Positions 23,689 through 37,857 of a stretch of DNA of 64,000 nucleotides are shown here, piece by piece. The DNA comes from Sminthopsis crassicaudata (Eukaryota). Numbering within the stretch: the first letter of the stretch is position 1; the number at the start of each line of letters is the position of its first letter. The position numbers and the translations under genes were made by a program. The stretch covers positions 649,552,558 through 649,616,557 of the forward strand of contig NC_133619.1 in the NCBI RefSeq assembly GCF_048593235.1, written 5' to 3'. Below the pieces are notes generated by a model that was given only the letters and a program-made list of their open reading frames with translations, was not told the origin of the DNA and made no database searches.

Positions 23689-24887
23689 GCTAGAACCCAT
23701 GGAAGTTTTGTCTATATCATTTTCCTCATCTCCAGCTCCTCCTTTTTGGATGTGGTGCCTTTCTCCTTACTCCTTCCCCATGCCGTGGGCTTGCTCCCCT
23801 TAACTCCACTGTGCTTCCCAACCCCCCTTCTCCTCCTTAAACTTGTAACTAACTCTTTTAGGGTGCCGAGTCCCTTTTGGGATTTATCCAGCCAGCTTAT
23901 CCATGCCCCAACCTCCTGGGGTACTACTCCCTTTCTCCTGGGTAATTGTGAGTTCCACTGAGGAACGCTCGTATGCTCTCTCAACTAGATTTCATATTTA
24001 CCATTTCTGGCGTCTTTGTGTCCCTTCATTTTGTCTGTAACCTACTCCCCTAAGGAAATCTACTTTTTGCCAGAGAGAATGGCCACGGTGAATGCTTCAC
24101 CCCAGCTTTTGCCACGTGCCATTATTTGGTGTCTACATCACCCCTATCAGCAGAGCCAAGCTGGGTTCTCCTTCTTCTTTCCCTTACCCTCTATATCCAA
24201 TTGATTGCTGTTTTTTCTTGTTTCTGTGTTTGGATTATCTCTTATTTATGCATGTTCCTTCCGCTCAAGCAGCCATCACCCAGTTCAAGGCCTTTATCGA
24301 TTCTCTCCTGGACCTCAGGAAAGCTGCGCTTTCTTTCTCAAGTCGTTCTCCATTCCAATCTATTCTCCACTCAACTTTCAAGGTGACTTTTCTACAGCAT
24401 GAACTCAGCCATGTCTCACCCCAATCTCCCTTTCCCCTCTTCCCCGGTGAGCCCCATTGTCTACTGAGAGAAATTAATATTATACTATTATGATAATAAC
24501 TAATTATTAGTTTGTGATCTACCCTTTCCCCTCCTAGTTCTGTTAAGGTCCAGTTCCTGAAATAGTCTCTGAAGGACATGACTAAGGAGATTGCTCCTAG
24601 TTTTCCAGGCACTTACTTTTGGGATGGACCCCAACTGGGAGACCTAATTTTTCCTTAGAGTATAAACAGATTCCAGTCTGGGAACCCCAAGTCCTTGATC
24701 CCCTTCGTTAGAGTTTAAGGCAACTCAGTCATGAAGGAGAAAACTAGCCACATATGTTCAGATGGGAATTGGTTTCCCCTGGCCCAGATGCTTTGAGATT
24801 TATAATTAATTCAAATTCTCAGCAGGAACAGCTGAAGACTTTTTTTTGGGGGGGGTACTTAATAGTATTTCATTCATTCATTTATAT

Positions 24888-25016
24888 TTCTGAGGCAATT
24901 AAGCTTAAGTGACTTGCCCAAGGTCACACAGCTAGGAAGAGTCTGAGTTCAGATTTGAACTCAGGTCCTCCTGACTTCAGGGCTAGTGCTCTATAACTGT
25001 GCCACCTAGCTGCCCC
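24888..25016 (-). mobile_element. WSINE1-type SINE
   Basis: Reverse complement reads ggggcagctaggtggc...gacctgagttcaaatc...gcaagtcacttaa...tgcctca. Confidence 0.8.
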
Positions 25017-25960
25017 AGTATTTTATTTTTTTCTCTAATTTACATGTAAAGATAATTTTCAATATTCATTTTGTAAGATTTCGAGTTCCAAATGTTTTCG
25101 TCCTCTCCTTTCCCTCCTCCCGTCCCAAGACGGCAAGCAACCTGATGTAGGTTACACATGAACAACCACTTTAAACATATTTCTGTATTAATTATGTTGT
25201 AAAAGAAAAATCAGAACAAAAGGGAAAAACTCCGAGAAAGAAAAAAATCAACAAAAAGGTGAAAATATATGCTTTAATCTTCATGTCGTCTCTATAGTTC
25301 TCTGTGTGTATTTGAATGGTATTTTCCATCCCAAGTCTAGCCCACCTCCTCATTAACTGTTTATCGATCAGGTTAATTTCAAGAGAGTTCCCGTTAATAT
25401 GGGATTTAAGGCATTTCAGGTCTCCCTGGGTGGCTTTGGTTCCTGAAAGCAGCCAGTGGCCATCAATTTATTAATTGTCAGATAGTCTAATTCATTAACT
25501 GATTATTAATTACCCAGAAACTCTTGTTTCTTGGGCTTTTATTTGTCTCACACCTAATTACCTGCAAGATCAAAAATAAAGTGCTTCCTATTTGTGCAAA
25601 AATATTTGGAGTTCTTCTTTTGTGGTGGCAAAGAATTGGAAATTGAAGGGTGCCCATTAGCTGAGGATTGACTGAATGAGTTGTGGTAAATGATTGCAAC
25701 AGAGTCCTATTTGTGCTATAAAGAATGACCAGTAGGATGGTTTCAGAAAAATCTGCAAAGATTGATATTATATGACTGAAGCAAAGAACCAGGAAAACTG
25801 TACACATGACTAGCCACATTGTCAGTGATCATCTGAAACAAGCCTCTGATCAAGACAGTTCCAAAGAACTAATGCTGAAAAATGGTTTCCACCTCCAGAG
25901 AGAATCCATAAACTGAATGCAGAGTGAAGCAGATTCTCTCTCTGTCTCTCCCTCTGTATG

Positions 25961-26113
25961 TTTTTTTTTTTTTTTTTTTCTGAGACAATTGGGGTTAAGT
26001 GACTTGCTCAGGGTCACACAGCTAGGAAGTGTTAAGTGTCTGAGACCAAATTTGAATTCAGGTCTTCCAGACTTCAGGGCTGGTGGTCTATCCACTACAT
26101 ACCTAGTTGCCCC
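25961..26113 (-). mobile_element. WSINE1-type SINE with poly(A) tail
   Basis: T19 run followed by the reverse SINE body; tgtatgtt on both flanks (TSD). Confidence 0.85.
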
Positions 26114-26279
26114 ATGTGTATGTTTTCTTTTGCAAAATGGCCAATATGGAAATGTTTTACGTGATTTCACATATAAAATCAACATCAAATTGTCTCTCAA
26201 AGGATGGGGGGGACTGAGAGGAGAGAAAGAATTTGAAATTTTTAAATAAAAGGTTTTCAGTTCCAATTGTTCATTAATG

Positions 26280-26650
26280 AAGAGAGCCTTCTATACACAC
26301 AGAGAGAGGACTATGGGAAATGAGTGTGGAGCACAACATAGCATTTTCACTCTGTTATTGTCTGCTTGCATTTTTGTTTTCCTTCTCGGTTTTTTCCCCT
26401 TTCTTTCTAGATCCTATTTTTTCTTGTGCAGCAAGATAACTGTGTAAATATGTATACATATATTGTATTTAACATATACTTTTAACAGATTTAACATGGA
26501 TTGGACTACCTGCCATCTGGGGGAAGAGGTGGGGGGAAGGAGGGAAAAAGTTGGAAGAAAAGGTTTTGCAAGGGTCAGTGTTGAAAAATTACCCATGCAT
26601 ATGGTTTGTAAATAAAAAGCTATTATAATTAAAAATAAAAATAAATAAAA
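26280..26650 (+). mobile_element. L1 3' end
   Basis: G-rich tract, aataaaaagc and an A-rich tail; marsupial L1 3' UTR type. Confidence 0.7.
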
Positions 26651-27217
26651 GGTTTTTACATGTATTTGGGAAATACTTAATGAAAAAATATATAAATTGA
26701 GTTTTTTTGTTTGGCATTTAAAGCAGCACTTTTTTGGCTTTTTCCAATCTTTCGAGTCTTTTGTCACTTGCATTTTCTTTTATATCTCATGTTCCCCTGA
26801 GATCCAACTCCATTGTCCTGCTTTCAGATAGTTCTTAGAACATCTCCTTTACCTCCAAGTCTTTGCAGCCACCAGGCTTTTCCTAATCTCAGAATGCTCC
26901 TTCCCCACACCTCCATGTAATTGTTTACTTGGCTTCCTTCAAGCCTTAACTCTAATCCTGCTTTCTGTAGGAGGCTTTTTCTGACAACTGATGTCTTCCC
27001 CTTTTCAGAATTCCTTCGTGTACTCTGTGTGTATCTTGTATAACCTAGCTATTTACATGTTGTTTTTCCCATAAAAATGAAAGCTCTTTGGCATCAGGGA
27101 CCACTGGTTTTTGATTTTCTTTGTATCTGATGCTTAGCTCAATGGCAGAGACACAATAAGTAAAATGAATGTTTCTTAACTGGTTGTTATTACCTCATAA
27201 ATCAAAATATAAAATCT

Positions 27218-27691
27218 TGTAGCGAGCTGTTGTCTCCAGAAGCTGCCGGATCACTCTCTGGGAAGAGATCTGTTGTGTCTACTCAAATCTCTCAGGCAGA
27301 TTCTTCTTCTTGTAGTGAACCGTTGTCTCCAGGCAGTTGCTGTTAACTCTTGTCCAGAGAAGTGACTTCCCTTCCTGCAGAGAGCCCAGTCAGGCCTGAT
27401 GTAATGCAGAGACTTCTCCTCTTCCTGGAGTGCTATCGTCCAGCCCTTGTCCTTCCCCAGGCAGACTGCTCTCCAGGCCCAATGTTGCCTCTTTTATCCT
27501 CCCAGAGAATGGGCGTAGGATAATGCAAGGGCTTCTGGGAAGAACCACTTCAACCAATGAGCTTGCTCCTTCTAGGATTCCTAAGGTGTAAACTCCCTTT
27601 ATAGGTCTGAGCCAGAGAACTGTCAAGTCAACCTGAGTTCTCACCTTATAATTGTCCAGACAACCTGAGTTCTCACCTAGTAATCCTAACA
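27218..27691 (-). mobile_element. Solo LTR (ERV2-like), 474 bp, 6-bp TSD
   Basis: TGT...ACA ends; TSD aaatct at 27212-27217 and 27692-27697. Confidence 0.8.
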
Positions 27692-28398
27692 AAATCTCTC
27701 TCATTAATTGAACAAATAAGCTCTGAACCTCTGGTCTTAGGTTAGAAAAACTGAAGAAATCTATTTTCTCATAACTTTTTTCTCTTACTGGTGTAAATCA
27801 AGAGGCTCTGAGAATCAGAAAGTCATTGTTGAGAGAGCAGCTCAGTTAGCCATCAAGATCACCAATCCAAATGCTAGACTGAATGAAGAAAATGAGTATG
27901 AAGCTTTGCCCAATTTTATTTGTGAAAAAACCAAAACTTTTCTCTCTTTTTTTCTCAGTAACAAATTGTGGCATCCCTAGATGACTTATTAACAACAATA
28001 GTTATTGCCAAGCTGTATATGTAAAGATATGAATATTTGACCAATGTATCAACTGTGAGTAAGATCACAGCTTGTGTCGGCTTCAATCATTGGTGGCCAT
28101 TGCTATCTTCTCCAAAGCACAGAAATCACAGGTCAGTGAAACTCGATTCACTCAGAAGGGTGCCTAAAGTCTCTTCTCAGGATGTTTTCTCCAAAAAGCA
28201 ATTAGTTTTCTCAAAATGTCTTCGCTACATCTTTCAAATAGAGCTTCTAATTTTTGCATTTCATCTTAAATTTTTTTAAAATAACAATTAATGCCCCCAA
28301 ACTCAAAGTGTCTTTAGTCTTTTCCTAGATCTTACTTGTCACATGACTTAGCTTTGATCTTTTCCGCATTACTTTTTCAGTCTACATTCTGAGTTTCA

Positions 28399-28554
28399 GG
28401 GCATTTAGGTGGTGCAGTGGATAGGGCACCAACCCTGAAATTAGGAGGACCGGAGTTCAAACTGACTTCAGACACTTCATGCTTCCTAGCTGTGTGACCC
28501 TGGGCAAGTCACTTAACCCCAATTGTCTCAGAAAAAAAGAAAAAGAAAAAAAAA
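28399..28554 (+). mobile_element. WSINE1-type SINE
   Basis: gggcatttaggtggtgcagtggatag...gtgaccctgggcaagtcacttaaccccaattgtctcag followed by an A tail. Confidence 0.85.
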
Positions 28555-29184
28555 GTATCTGACTGCTGAGTTTCCTGTACATTGGCCTATGTTTCCATTT
28601 GGTCCACACTAGTCTACATTTGCTTTTGGTTCACGTTGGCCTATGTGTCCATTTTGCCTACATTCATGGCTAGATCATTCTTCAGTCATTCAGCTATGGG
28701 AGAAGATGAAAAATCTCATACTAAGTGTCAGTCACTACACATGTTTTCCTTATTTTCAGAACTAATGAAGCTTTATAGCCTTTTAAAAAAACCCATGCAA
28801 ATCTTCTTTTCCTTTTCTTAAAGTTGTACAGATGACATTTTTTGCTGTATTTTATTTTTCCCAATTATATGTCAAATTTTTAGCATTCATTTTTGAAAAT
28901 GTTGAATTCCAAGTTCTTTCTTTGCTTCCCTTTTCTTCCCCTTCCTTCAGAAGAAAAGCATTTGATATAGGTGATACATATGCAATTAAATAAAATTTCA
29001 ATATTAACCATGTTGTAAAAGAAAACAAACAAACAAAAAAACCCAGAAAAAGAAAGTTTGAAAAAGCATTATTGGATATGCATTTATATTCTACCAACTC
29101 TTTCTCTGGAGGTGAAGAGTACTTTTTATGGAAAGTCCTTTACTATATTGCTGAGCAAATTTAGGGTTAAGATTAGGGTTAGGG

Positions 29185-30035
29185 TTATACAATGTTCTCC
29201 TGGCCCTGCTCACCTTACATTGCATCATAAGTCTTTCCGGATTTTTTTTTTCCTGAAAGTATTCTGCATAGATAACTTATCCAAGTAGATAATTATACAA
29301 TGTTACTCTTAATGCTTCTGCTCACCTTACTTTATATCAGTTCCTGTCAGTCCAGGTTTTTTCCTGAAAGCATTCTGCATAGCTAAGTTATCCATATAGG
29401 TCATCATACAATGTTACTCTTACTATATACAAAGTTCTCCAGGCTCTGCTCACCTTACTTTGTAACAGTTCATTGAATCTAGGTTTTTTTCTGAAAGGAT
29501 TCTGCATAGCTAAGTTATCCATGCAGATCATTACACAATGTTACTCTTTCTGTATACAATGTTCCCCTGCCTCTGCTGACCTTACTTTGTATCAGTTCAT
29601 TAAGTCCAGGTGTTTTTTTTTCCTGAAATCATTCTGCATAGCTAAGTTATCCATGCAGATGATTATACAATGTTACTCTTAATGTATACAATGCTCTTAT
29701 GTTTCTGCTCACCTTACTTTGTATCAGTTCACTTAAGTCTTTCCCCATTTTTTTTTTCTGAAAGCATTCTGAATAGCTAAGTTACCCATGTAGCTGATTA
29801 TACAATGTTACTCTTAATGTATCCAGTGTTCTCCTAGGTCTGCTCCCCTTACTTTGTATCAGTTCCTGTCAGTCCAGGTTTTTTCCTGAAAGCATTCTGC
29901 ATAGCTAAGTTATCCATGCAGATCATTACACAATGTTACTCTTATTATGTACAATGTTCTCCTGGCTCTGCTTACCTCACTTTCTATCAGTTCATTTAAG
30001 TCTTTCCAGGTTTTTTTCTGAAAGTATTCTGCTCA
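29185..30035. repeat. ~130-bp tandem array (~6.5 copies) amplified from an L1 3' fragment
   Basis: Recurring ctgcatagctaagttatccat...tacaatgttactctt...ctgctcaccttactttgtatcagttc at 111-133 bp spacing. Confidence 0.85.
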
Positions 30036-30879
30036 TAATTTCTTTTAGCTTAATAGTTTTCCATCCCAATCATATAATACAACTTGTGAGATGTAGAGAT
30101 GTTCACGGAGGCCTAGTACCTCTGGTATGAGGGCTATCGAGGCCTTTTCAGGATTACTTTTCAGTTTTGGTCTACACCTGCCACCTAATTCTCAACTGTG
30201 CATTAAAAATCCGGAGCATGCTTAGTAGTCAGAAATTATTTTTGACAGATTGACAAGTTGAGGGTAACTGATGGAGCCTCAAACCTGTTAGTAATTGATG
30301 GGCTTGACTACTTCAAGCATGTGAAAATTTCCCCTCGTGGAAAAGATGGATGAGAAACAATTTGTTCCAGTGTACATGAGGGTGACTGAAGTAGACATTG
30401 TGGAGTACTTAGAACCCTGTTAGATGTTGAAGATGGCAAGGACATCCATTGCACCCAGATCCATTACCCATCATCGTAACTTTAGTCTGGCTGCTGGATC
30501 TTAGCTGACTCTGCAAGAAAGAGTGAGGCTGATAACTCTACAGGATTCTCACTCATATAAATACAATTTACACATGAATCAAAAGACATCACTCATTTTT
30601 GACTTATTTCAAAAAATCCTGTGGGGATTGGCAAGTGATGAAATAGTAGGTGTAGATAGCTGGGAATTGTTGTCACAACTCTACCTATAGGCAGCCAAGG
30701 CCTTCTTGTGTCTTCTCACTGGAAGCAGCAGTGGGATTGGATAGGCCCCTCAATGGGTGAGCAGCCTTCTATGGATAGTACTGCTCATCTCCTGATGTGA
30801 GGAAGGGTTTAGAAAAGGTGCTATAAGCACCTTCTGCTTACCCAACCCTGGCAGGTAGTGACAGCACATCCTTTGGTTT

Positions 30880-33357
30880 TTTTTCTTTCTAGTTTTTTTA
30901 AATTTTCTAAATTTTTATTGAAGTTTTTTATTTTCAAAACATATACAAGGACAATTTTTCAACACTGACCTTTGCAAAACCTTGTGTTCCAATTTTCCCT
31001 CCCTTCTCCCATCCCCTTCTCTAGATGGCAAGTAATCCAGTGTATATGTTAAACATGGGGGGAAATATGTAAATTGAATATAGGCCTATATATTTATACA
31101 ATTATTTTGCTGTGCAAGGAAAATCTGATTAAAAAAAGAAGAAAAATGAGAAAGAAAATAAAATTCAAGCAAATAACAAGAAAAGAAGTGAAAATGCTAT
31201 GTTGTGACCCACACTCATTTCTCACAGTCTTCTCTCTCAGGGTATAGGTGGTTCTTTTCATCACAAGATCATTGGAACTGATCTCAATCATCTCATTGTT
31301 AGAAAGAGCCACGTCCATTAGAATTGATCATTATATAATCTTGTTGCCGTGTACAATGATCTCCTGGTTCTGCTCATTTCACTTAGCATCAGTTCGTGTA
31401 AGTCTCTCCAGTCTTTTCTGAATTCATTCTTATAGAACGACAATATTCCATAATATTCATATACCACAATTTATTCAGCCATTCTCCAATTGATGGGCAT
31501 CCACTCAGTTTCCAGTTTCTTGCCACTATGAAAAGAACTGCCTTGAACATTTTTGCATATGTGGGTCTCTTTCCCTCCTGTAAGATCTCTTTAGAATACA
31601 AGCCCAGTAGGAACACTGCTGGATCAAAGTGATGCATAGTTTGATAACTTTTTGAGCATAGTTCCAAATTGCTCTCCAGAATGGAGATTAGTTCCAAATT
31701 CCAGCAACAATGTATTAATTATAACAATTTTCCCACATTCCCTCCAACATTTGTCATTATTTTTTCCTGTCATCTTAGTCAATCTGACAAGTGTGTAGTG
31801 GTATCTCAGAGTTGTCTTAATTTGCATTTCTCTGAACAGTAGTGATTTGGAGCACCTTTTCATATGACTAGAAATTTAATTTCTTCATCTGGAAATTGGC
31901 TGTTTGTATGCTTTGCCCATTTATCAATTGGAGAATGTCTTGAATTCTTATAAATTTGCGTTAATTCTATACATATTTTAGAAATGAGGCCTTTATCCAA
32001 ACCCTTAAATGTAAAAATGTTTTCCCAATTTATTGTTTCCCTTCTAATCTTGTCTATATTAGTTTTGTTTGTACAAAACCTTTTTAACTTTATATAATCA
32101 AAATTATATATTTTGTGTTCAATAATGAGCTCTATGTCTTCTTTGGTCACAAATTCCTACCTTCTCCAGAAATATGTGATCCTTTGTTCTTCTGATTTGT
32201 GTATATAATTCTTTATATTTAGATCATGAACCCATTTTGACCTTATCTTGGTATATAGTGTTATGTGTGGGTCAATGCCTAGTTTCTGCCATACTAGTTT
32301 CTGATTTTCCCAGAAATTTTTGTCAAATAGTGAGTTCTTATTCCAAAAGCTGGGTCTTTGGGTTTGTCAAACACTAAATTACTATAGTCATTGACTATTT
32401 TGTCCTGTGAACTAAACCTATTTCATTGATTGACTACTCTATTTCTTAGCCAGTATCAGATGGTTTTGATGACTGCTGATTTATAGCATAGTTTTTTGTT
32501 TTCTTTTTTCTTTTTTTCTTTTTTTTTTTTTGCTGAGGCATTTGGGGTTAAGTCACTTGCCCAGGATCACACAGCTAGGAAGTGTAAAGTGTCTGAGACC
32601 AGATTTGAACTGAGGTCTTCCTGACTTCATGGATGGTGCTCTATCCACTGTACCACTAGCTGTCTCTATAATATAGTTTTAGGTATGGCACAGCTAGGCC
32701 ATCTTCACTGACATTTTTTTTTCCCATTAATTCCCTTGAAATTCTTGACTTTTGTTCACCAGATGAACTTAGTTATTATTTTTTCTAAATCTGTAAAATA
32801 AGTTCTTTGGAGTTTCATTGGTGTGGCAATAAATAAGTAGATCAATTTAGATAGTATTGTCATTTTTACTATATTCACTTTTGAGCACTTGATATTTTTC
32901 CAGTTGATTAGATCTGACTTTATTTGTATGGAAAGTGTTTTATAGATGTGTTTATATAGTTCCTGACTTTGCCTTGGCAGATAGACTCCCAAATATTTTA
33001 TATTATTGACAGTTATTTAAAATGGAATATCTCTTTGTATCTCTTGTTGCTGGACTTTATTGGTAATATATAAAATTGCTGATGATTTATATGGATTTAT
33101 TTTGCATCCTGCAACTTTGCTAAAGTTGTGAATTATTTCTAGTAGTTTTTTAGTTGATTCTTAGGGTTCTTTAAATATACCATCATATCATCTGCAAAGA
33201 GTGATAATTTGGTTTCCTCATTACCTACTCTAATTCTTTTAATCTCTTTTTCTTCTCTTATTGCCAAAGCTAGCATTTCTAATACAATATTGAATAGTAA
33301 TCATGATAGTGGACAACCTTGTTTCACCCCTGATCTTATTGGGAATAGTTCTAGTTT
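30880..33357 (-). mobile_element. 5'-truncated L1 (ORF2 3' half plus 3' UTR) nested in the RTE
   Basis: ORF2 remnants (MKRCSKSLLFREMQIKTTLRYHYT; IYNFDYIKLKRFCT; VNIVKMTILSKLIY); T-rich tail near 30880. Confidence 0.85.
32492..32666 (-). mobile_element. WSINE1-type SINE nested in L1
   Basis: Poly-T plus reverse SINE body, flanked by ttatagcatagttt / ctataatatagttt. Confidence 0.8.
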
Positions 33358-36074
33358 GATCAACACTTCTGCAAAGAAGCACTCACCATCATTATATGGA
33401 ATGTGTGCATACTTATAGACAAGGTGAAATCCAGTAATCTTCAAAGACAAATAGCTCCTATCACAAGAAATCTCAATAGATGTTGCATCTAACAGCCCTC
33501 AGTAGAACAAGGCTGGCAAATGAAGGTCAGCTTACCAAAGTCAGAGCTGAATTCAGATTTTTCTGGAGTGGTCATAGGGATGGAGAGCATCATGAAGGTG
33601 GTTTAGATTTTGCAATCAAAACTAATCTACTAAACAAGCTCACGTGCCTTCTAAAAGGAATAAATGACAGGCTCATGACAATGTGATTTCTATTTGCAGA
33701 AAAACACCATACAATGGTCCTCAGTGCCTATGCTCTCATCATAACAAACCCTGATGAGGTCAAAGAAAATTTTTATGAAGACCTGGAGACCCTTATCATC
33801 AATGTGCCAGAAAAGGACAAGCATATAATTCTGGGTGACTTTAATGCTAAAGAAGGATCAGGCTATCACACATGGCATGGGAGAAATGGAGTTGTAAATA
33901 GCACAGCAATGGTTATCTACTATTGAAGACTTGTGTACCTTATGACCTTCTTATCACCAACACAGTCTTCCATTTACCTAAATGCATTAAAACTTCACAG
34001 ATGCACCCTCACAGGGAACATTAGCATTTGATAGACTATGTGATTGTAAGGAGAAGAGACAGACAGAATGTAAGAGTTATATAACTTAATAACTCTTACA
34101 TTAAGGCAACATGAGGTACAGAGTGCTGGACTGATATCAGTAAGACTTATCCTCTTCAAGCTGAATATTTTCATTTAACGGAAATGGCGGCTCCAAGGCA
34201 AAAAGGTTATTAGAAGAATTAATGATGACAGATTAGAGGGCTTTTCTGAGAGGGAATCATTTGTTGCCAACTTGGAGAGTAAGTTGAGCTGACATACAAC
34301 TGGCAACAATGGAGCAGAAAAAGAGTGAGCAACTTTCAGAGATGTGGAGTACAGCACTGCATTTGCTCATCTGGGTCAGAACAATCATAAACATCAAGAT
34401 TGGTTTGATGAAAATGGGGAAATTCAGAAACTGCTAAATGAAAAATGAGAACTCCATAGGCTGTACCAGCAGGATAGTTTATCTATCTCTAAGAAGGCAG
34501 CATTCAATTCCATCAAAAATAAAGTACAACTGAAACTAAGAGAGCTGCCGGATTCTTGGTTCAGTAAAAAGATAGATGAAATTCAATTTTATGCTGATAA
34601 CAACAATTCAAAGCATTTTAATGGTGCACTGAAGGCTATTTATGGGCCAAAGAGCTATGGTGCATCTCAACTACTCAGTGCTAATGGTGCCACACTGATT
34701 ATGATAAGGGCCTGATCCTAGAGAGATGGGTTGAAAACTTCCATAATGTTATCAACAGACTATCATCAATCAATGCTGAAGCTATTGACTGTTTACCCCA
34801 AGTTGAAAGCAATCGCTCCCTAGCTGAAGCTCCAACTGAATTAGTTTTGAAGGTAATTATCCTACTTTTGTGTGATAAATCATTGGGTGCTGATTCTATA
34901 CCAGCTGAGATTTACAAGGTAGGAGGGGTCCATTACTCATATAAAAACTGACCAAAATCTTCCAGATCATATGGCAAGAGGAGGGTATGCCCCAAGAGTT
35001 CAAGGATGGCTCCATAGTCCATCATTTTAAAGGTAAAGGGAATAGATTGTGCCATGATAATCACAGGGCTGGGGGCTGTCTCTCAATCATTGCTGGCAAA
35101 ATTCTTGCCAGAATTTTCCTTAACAAGTTGATCCTATACAAAGGGAAGGAGAGATGTGCAAAATTAGAGAAGCCACCCCAAATTACCATATAGACCATTT
35201 GTGCCTGGCTTGTGATAGAGCCTTCCAAATTCATATTGCTCTGGCCAGTCACAAATACATCATACCTTGACTCTCACATAGTAACATTATTTTGGTCCTT
35301 TTTGAGTATGAAGGAAAACCACTGACCATACAACAATTTGTTTAGCCATTCCCTAGTTGATGGTCACCTCTGGATTTCCAATTCTTTGCCACCACAAAAA
35401 GAACTGCTATAAGTATTTTTGTACATGTAAGTCCTTATCTTTTTGAGATACAGGCCCAGTAGTGGTATTACTGAGTCAAAGGGTAAACACAGTTCAATAG
35501 CCCTTTGGTTTAGTTCTCGTTTTTTTTGTTTTTTGTTTTTTTCCCCAGAATGGTTGTACCACTTCACTCTTCCACCAATAATTCTCTAATGTGCCTATTT
35601 TTCCTGTGGTTTCCTGCTTTCCTTTTAATCATGGCTGCATTGTGTGTGTGTGTGTGTGTGTGTGTGCAAACACCTTTAAATTTAATTAAAACTATCCATT
35701 TTACATCCCATAATGCTCTCTGTGTCTTGTTTGGAAATAAATTCTTCCTTTATCCATAAATCTGACACTTTGAAACACATAGTTTCTAGAGAATTGTCAT
35801 TTTATTAATAAGGTCAGCACATTTATTAATAAAAGATCATTTGGCATGTCTCTTAGACTAAAGATTCCTCACGGCAGTGAGATTATAGTTTATATCACCT
35901 TGGAAAAGCAGGGATTCCTGAAGGTGGCAATTTTTGATTGGTTAACAATCAAATGAGATAATATATTTTCTCATTGAGAGAGTGGACTATATTACAGTGA
36001 GGGTCTTAGAATACTTGAGTTGAATCACCCAAATCTTGGTCAAAGAGATTTATTAATTTCCATGTCACCTTTCT

Positions 36075-37857
36075 TTTTTTTTTTTTTTTTTTTTCATCTT
36101 TAATTTTTTATTTTATTTTATAATTATAACATTTTTTGACAGTACATATGCATAGGTAATTTTTTACAACATTATCCCTTGCACTTACTTTTATTCAGAT
36201 TTTTTCCCTTCCTCCCCCAACCCCCTCCCCCAGATGGCAAGCAGTCTTATATATGTTAAATATATTACAGTATATTCTAGATACAATATATGTATGTAGA
36301 ACCGAATTTTTTGTTGCACAGGAAGAATTGGATTCAGAAGGTAAAAATAACAGTTTACATTCATTTCCCAGTGTTCCTTTTCTGGATGTAGCTGGTTCTG
36401 TCCATCATTAATCAATTGGAATTGGATTAGCTCTTCTCTATGTTGAAGAAATCCACTTCCATCAGCATACATCCTCGTACAGTATCATTGTTGAAGTGTA
36501 TAATGATCTTCTGGTTCTGCTCGTTTCACTCAGCATCAGTTGATGTAAGTCTCTCCAAGCCTCTCTGTATTTCTCCTGTTGGTCATTTCTTATAGAACAA
36601 TAATATTCCATAACATTCATATACCATAGTTTACCCAACCATTCTCCAATTGATGGACATCCATTCATCTTCCAGCTTCTAGCCACTATGAAAAGGGCTG
36701 CCACAAACATTTTGGCACATACAGGTCCCTTTCCCTTCTTTAGTAGTTCCTTGGGGTATAAGCCCAATAGTAGTATGGCTGGGTCAAAGGGTATGCACAT
36801 TTTGATAACTTTTTGGGCATAATTCCAGATTGCTCTCCATAATGGTTGGATTCTTTCACAACTCCACCAACAATGCATCAGTGTCCCAGTTTTCCCACAG
36901 CCCCTCCAACATTCATCGTTATTTATTCCTGTCATCTTAGCCAATCTGACAGGTGTGTAATGATACCTCAGAGTTGTCTTAATTTGCATTTCTCTGATCA
37001 ATAGTGATTTGGAACACTCTTTCATATGAGTGGAAATAGTTTTAATTTCATCATCTGAAAATTGTCTGTTAATATCCTTTTACCATTTATCAATTGGAGA
37101 ATGGCTTGATTTCTTATAAATTAGAGTCAATTCTCTGTATATTTTGGAGATGAGGCCTTTATCAGAACCTTTAACTGTAAAATTTTTTTCCCAATTTGTT
37201 ACTTCCCTTCTAATCTTGTTTGCATTAGTTTTGTTTGTGCAGAAACTTTTTAATTTGGTGTAATCAAAATGTTCTATTTTGTGATCAATAATGGTCTCTA
37301 GTTCTCCCTTGGACACAAACTCCTTCCTCCTCCACAAGTCTGAGAGGTAAACCATCCCATGTTCCTCCAATTTATTTATGATTTCATTCTTTATGCCTAA
37401 ATCTTGGACCCATTTTGATTGTATCTTAGTATGTGGTGTTAAATGTTAGTTTCTGCCATACTAATTTCCAGTTTTCCCAGCAGTTTTTGTCAAATAATGA
37501 ATTCTTATCCCAAAATTTGGGATCTTTGGGTTTGTCAAAGATTAGATTGCTATTTTTATTCACTATCTTGTCCTGTGAACCTAACCTATGCCACTGATCA
37601 ACTAGTCTATTTCTTAGCCAATACCAAATGGTTTTGGTGACTGTTGCTTTATAATATAGCTTTAAATCAGGTACACTTAGACCACCTTCCTCTGACTTTT
37701 TTTTCATTAGTTCCCTTGCAATTCTTGACCTTTTATTCTTCCATATGAATTTTGTTATTTTTTCTAGGCCATTAAAATAGTTTCTTGGGAGTCTAATTGG
37801 TATAGCACTAAATAAATAGATTAGTTTGGGGAGTATTGTCATCTTTATTATATTCGC
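36075..37857 (-). mobile_element. Relatively young 5'-truncated L1 with a 17-bp TSD
   Basis: TSD ttccatgtcacctttct at 36058-36074 and 37858-37874; poly-T tail; 187-aa ORF2 C-terminal ORF (MKECSKSLLIREMQIKTTLRYHYTPVRLAKM...CWRGCGKTGTLMHCWW). Confidence 0.92.

Larger units (their letters stand above)
30085..35133 (+). mobile_element. Decayed RTE-clade LINE, split by an L1 insertion
   Basis: AP-endonuclease remnants (FFWSG...GLDFAIKTNL; EVKENFYEDLE...IILGDFNAK) and an RT-proximal remnant (MPQEFKDGSIVHHFKGKGNR...NHR...ILARI); many stops and frameshifts. The 5' part lies at ~30085-30875. Confidence 0.75.

Noticed and set aside
23605-23961. ORF with a poly-Lys run
   Set aside because: Translation of the SINE A41 tail.
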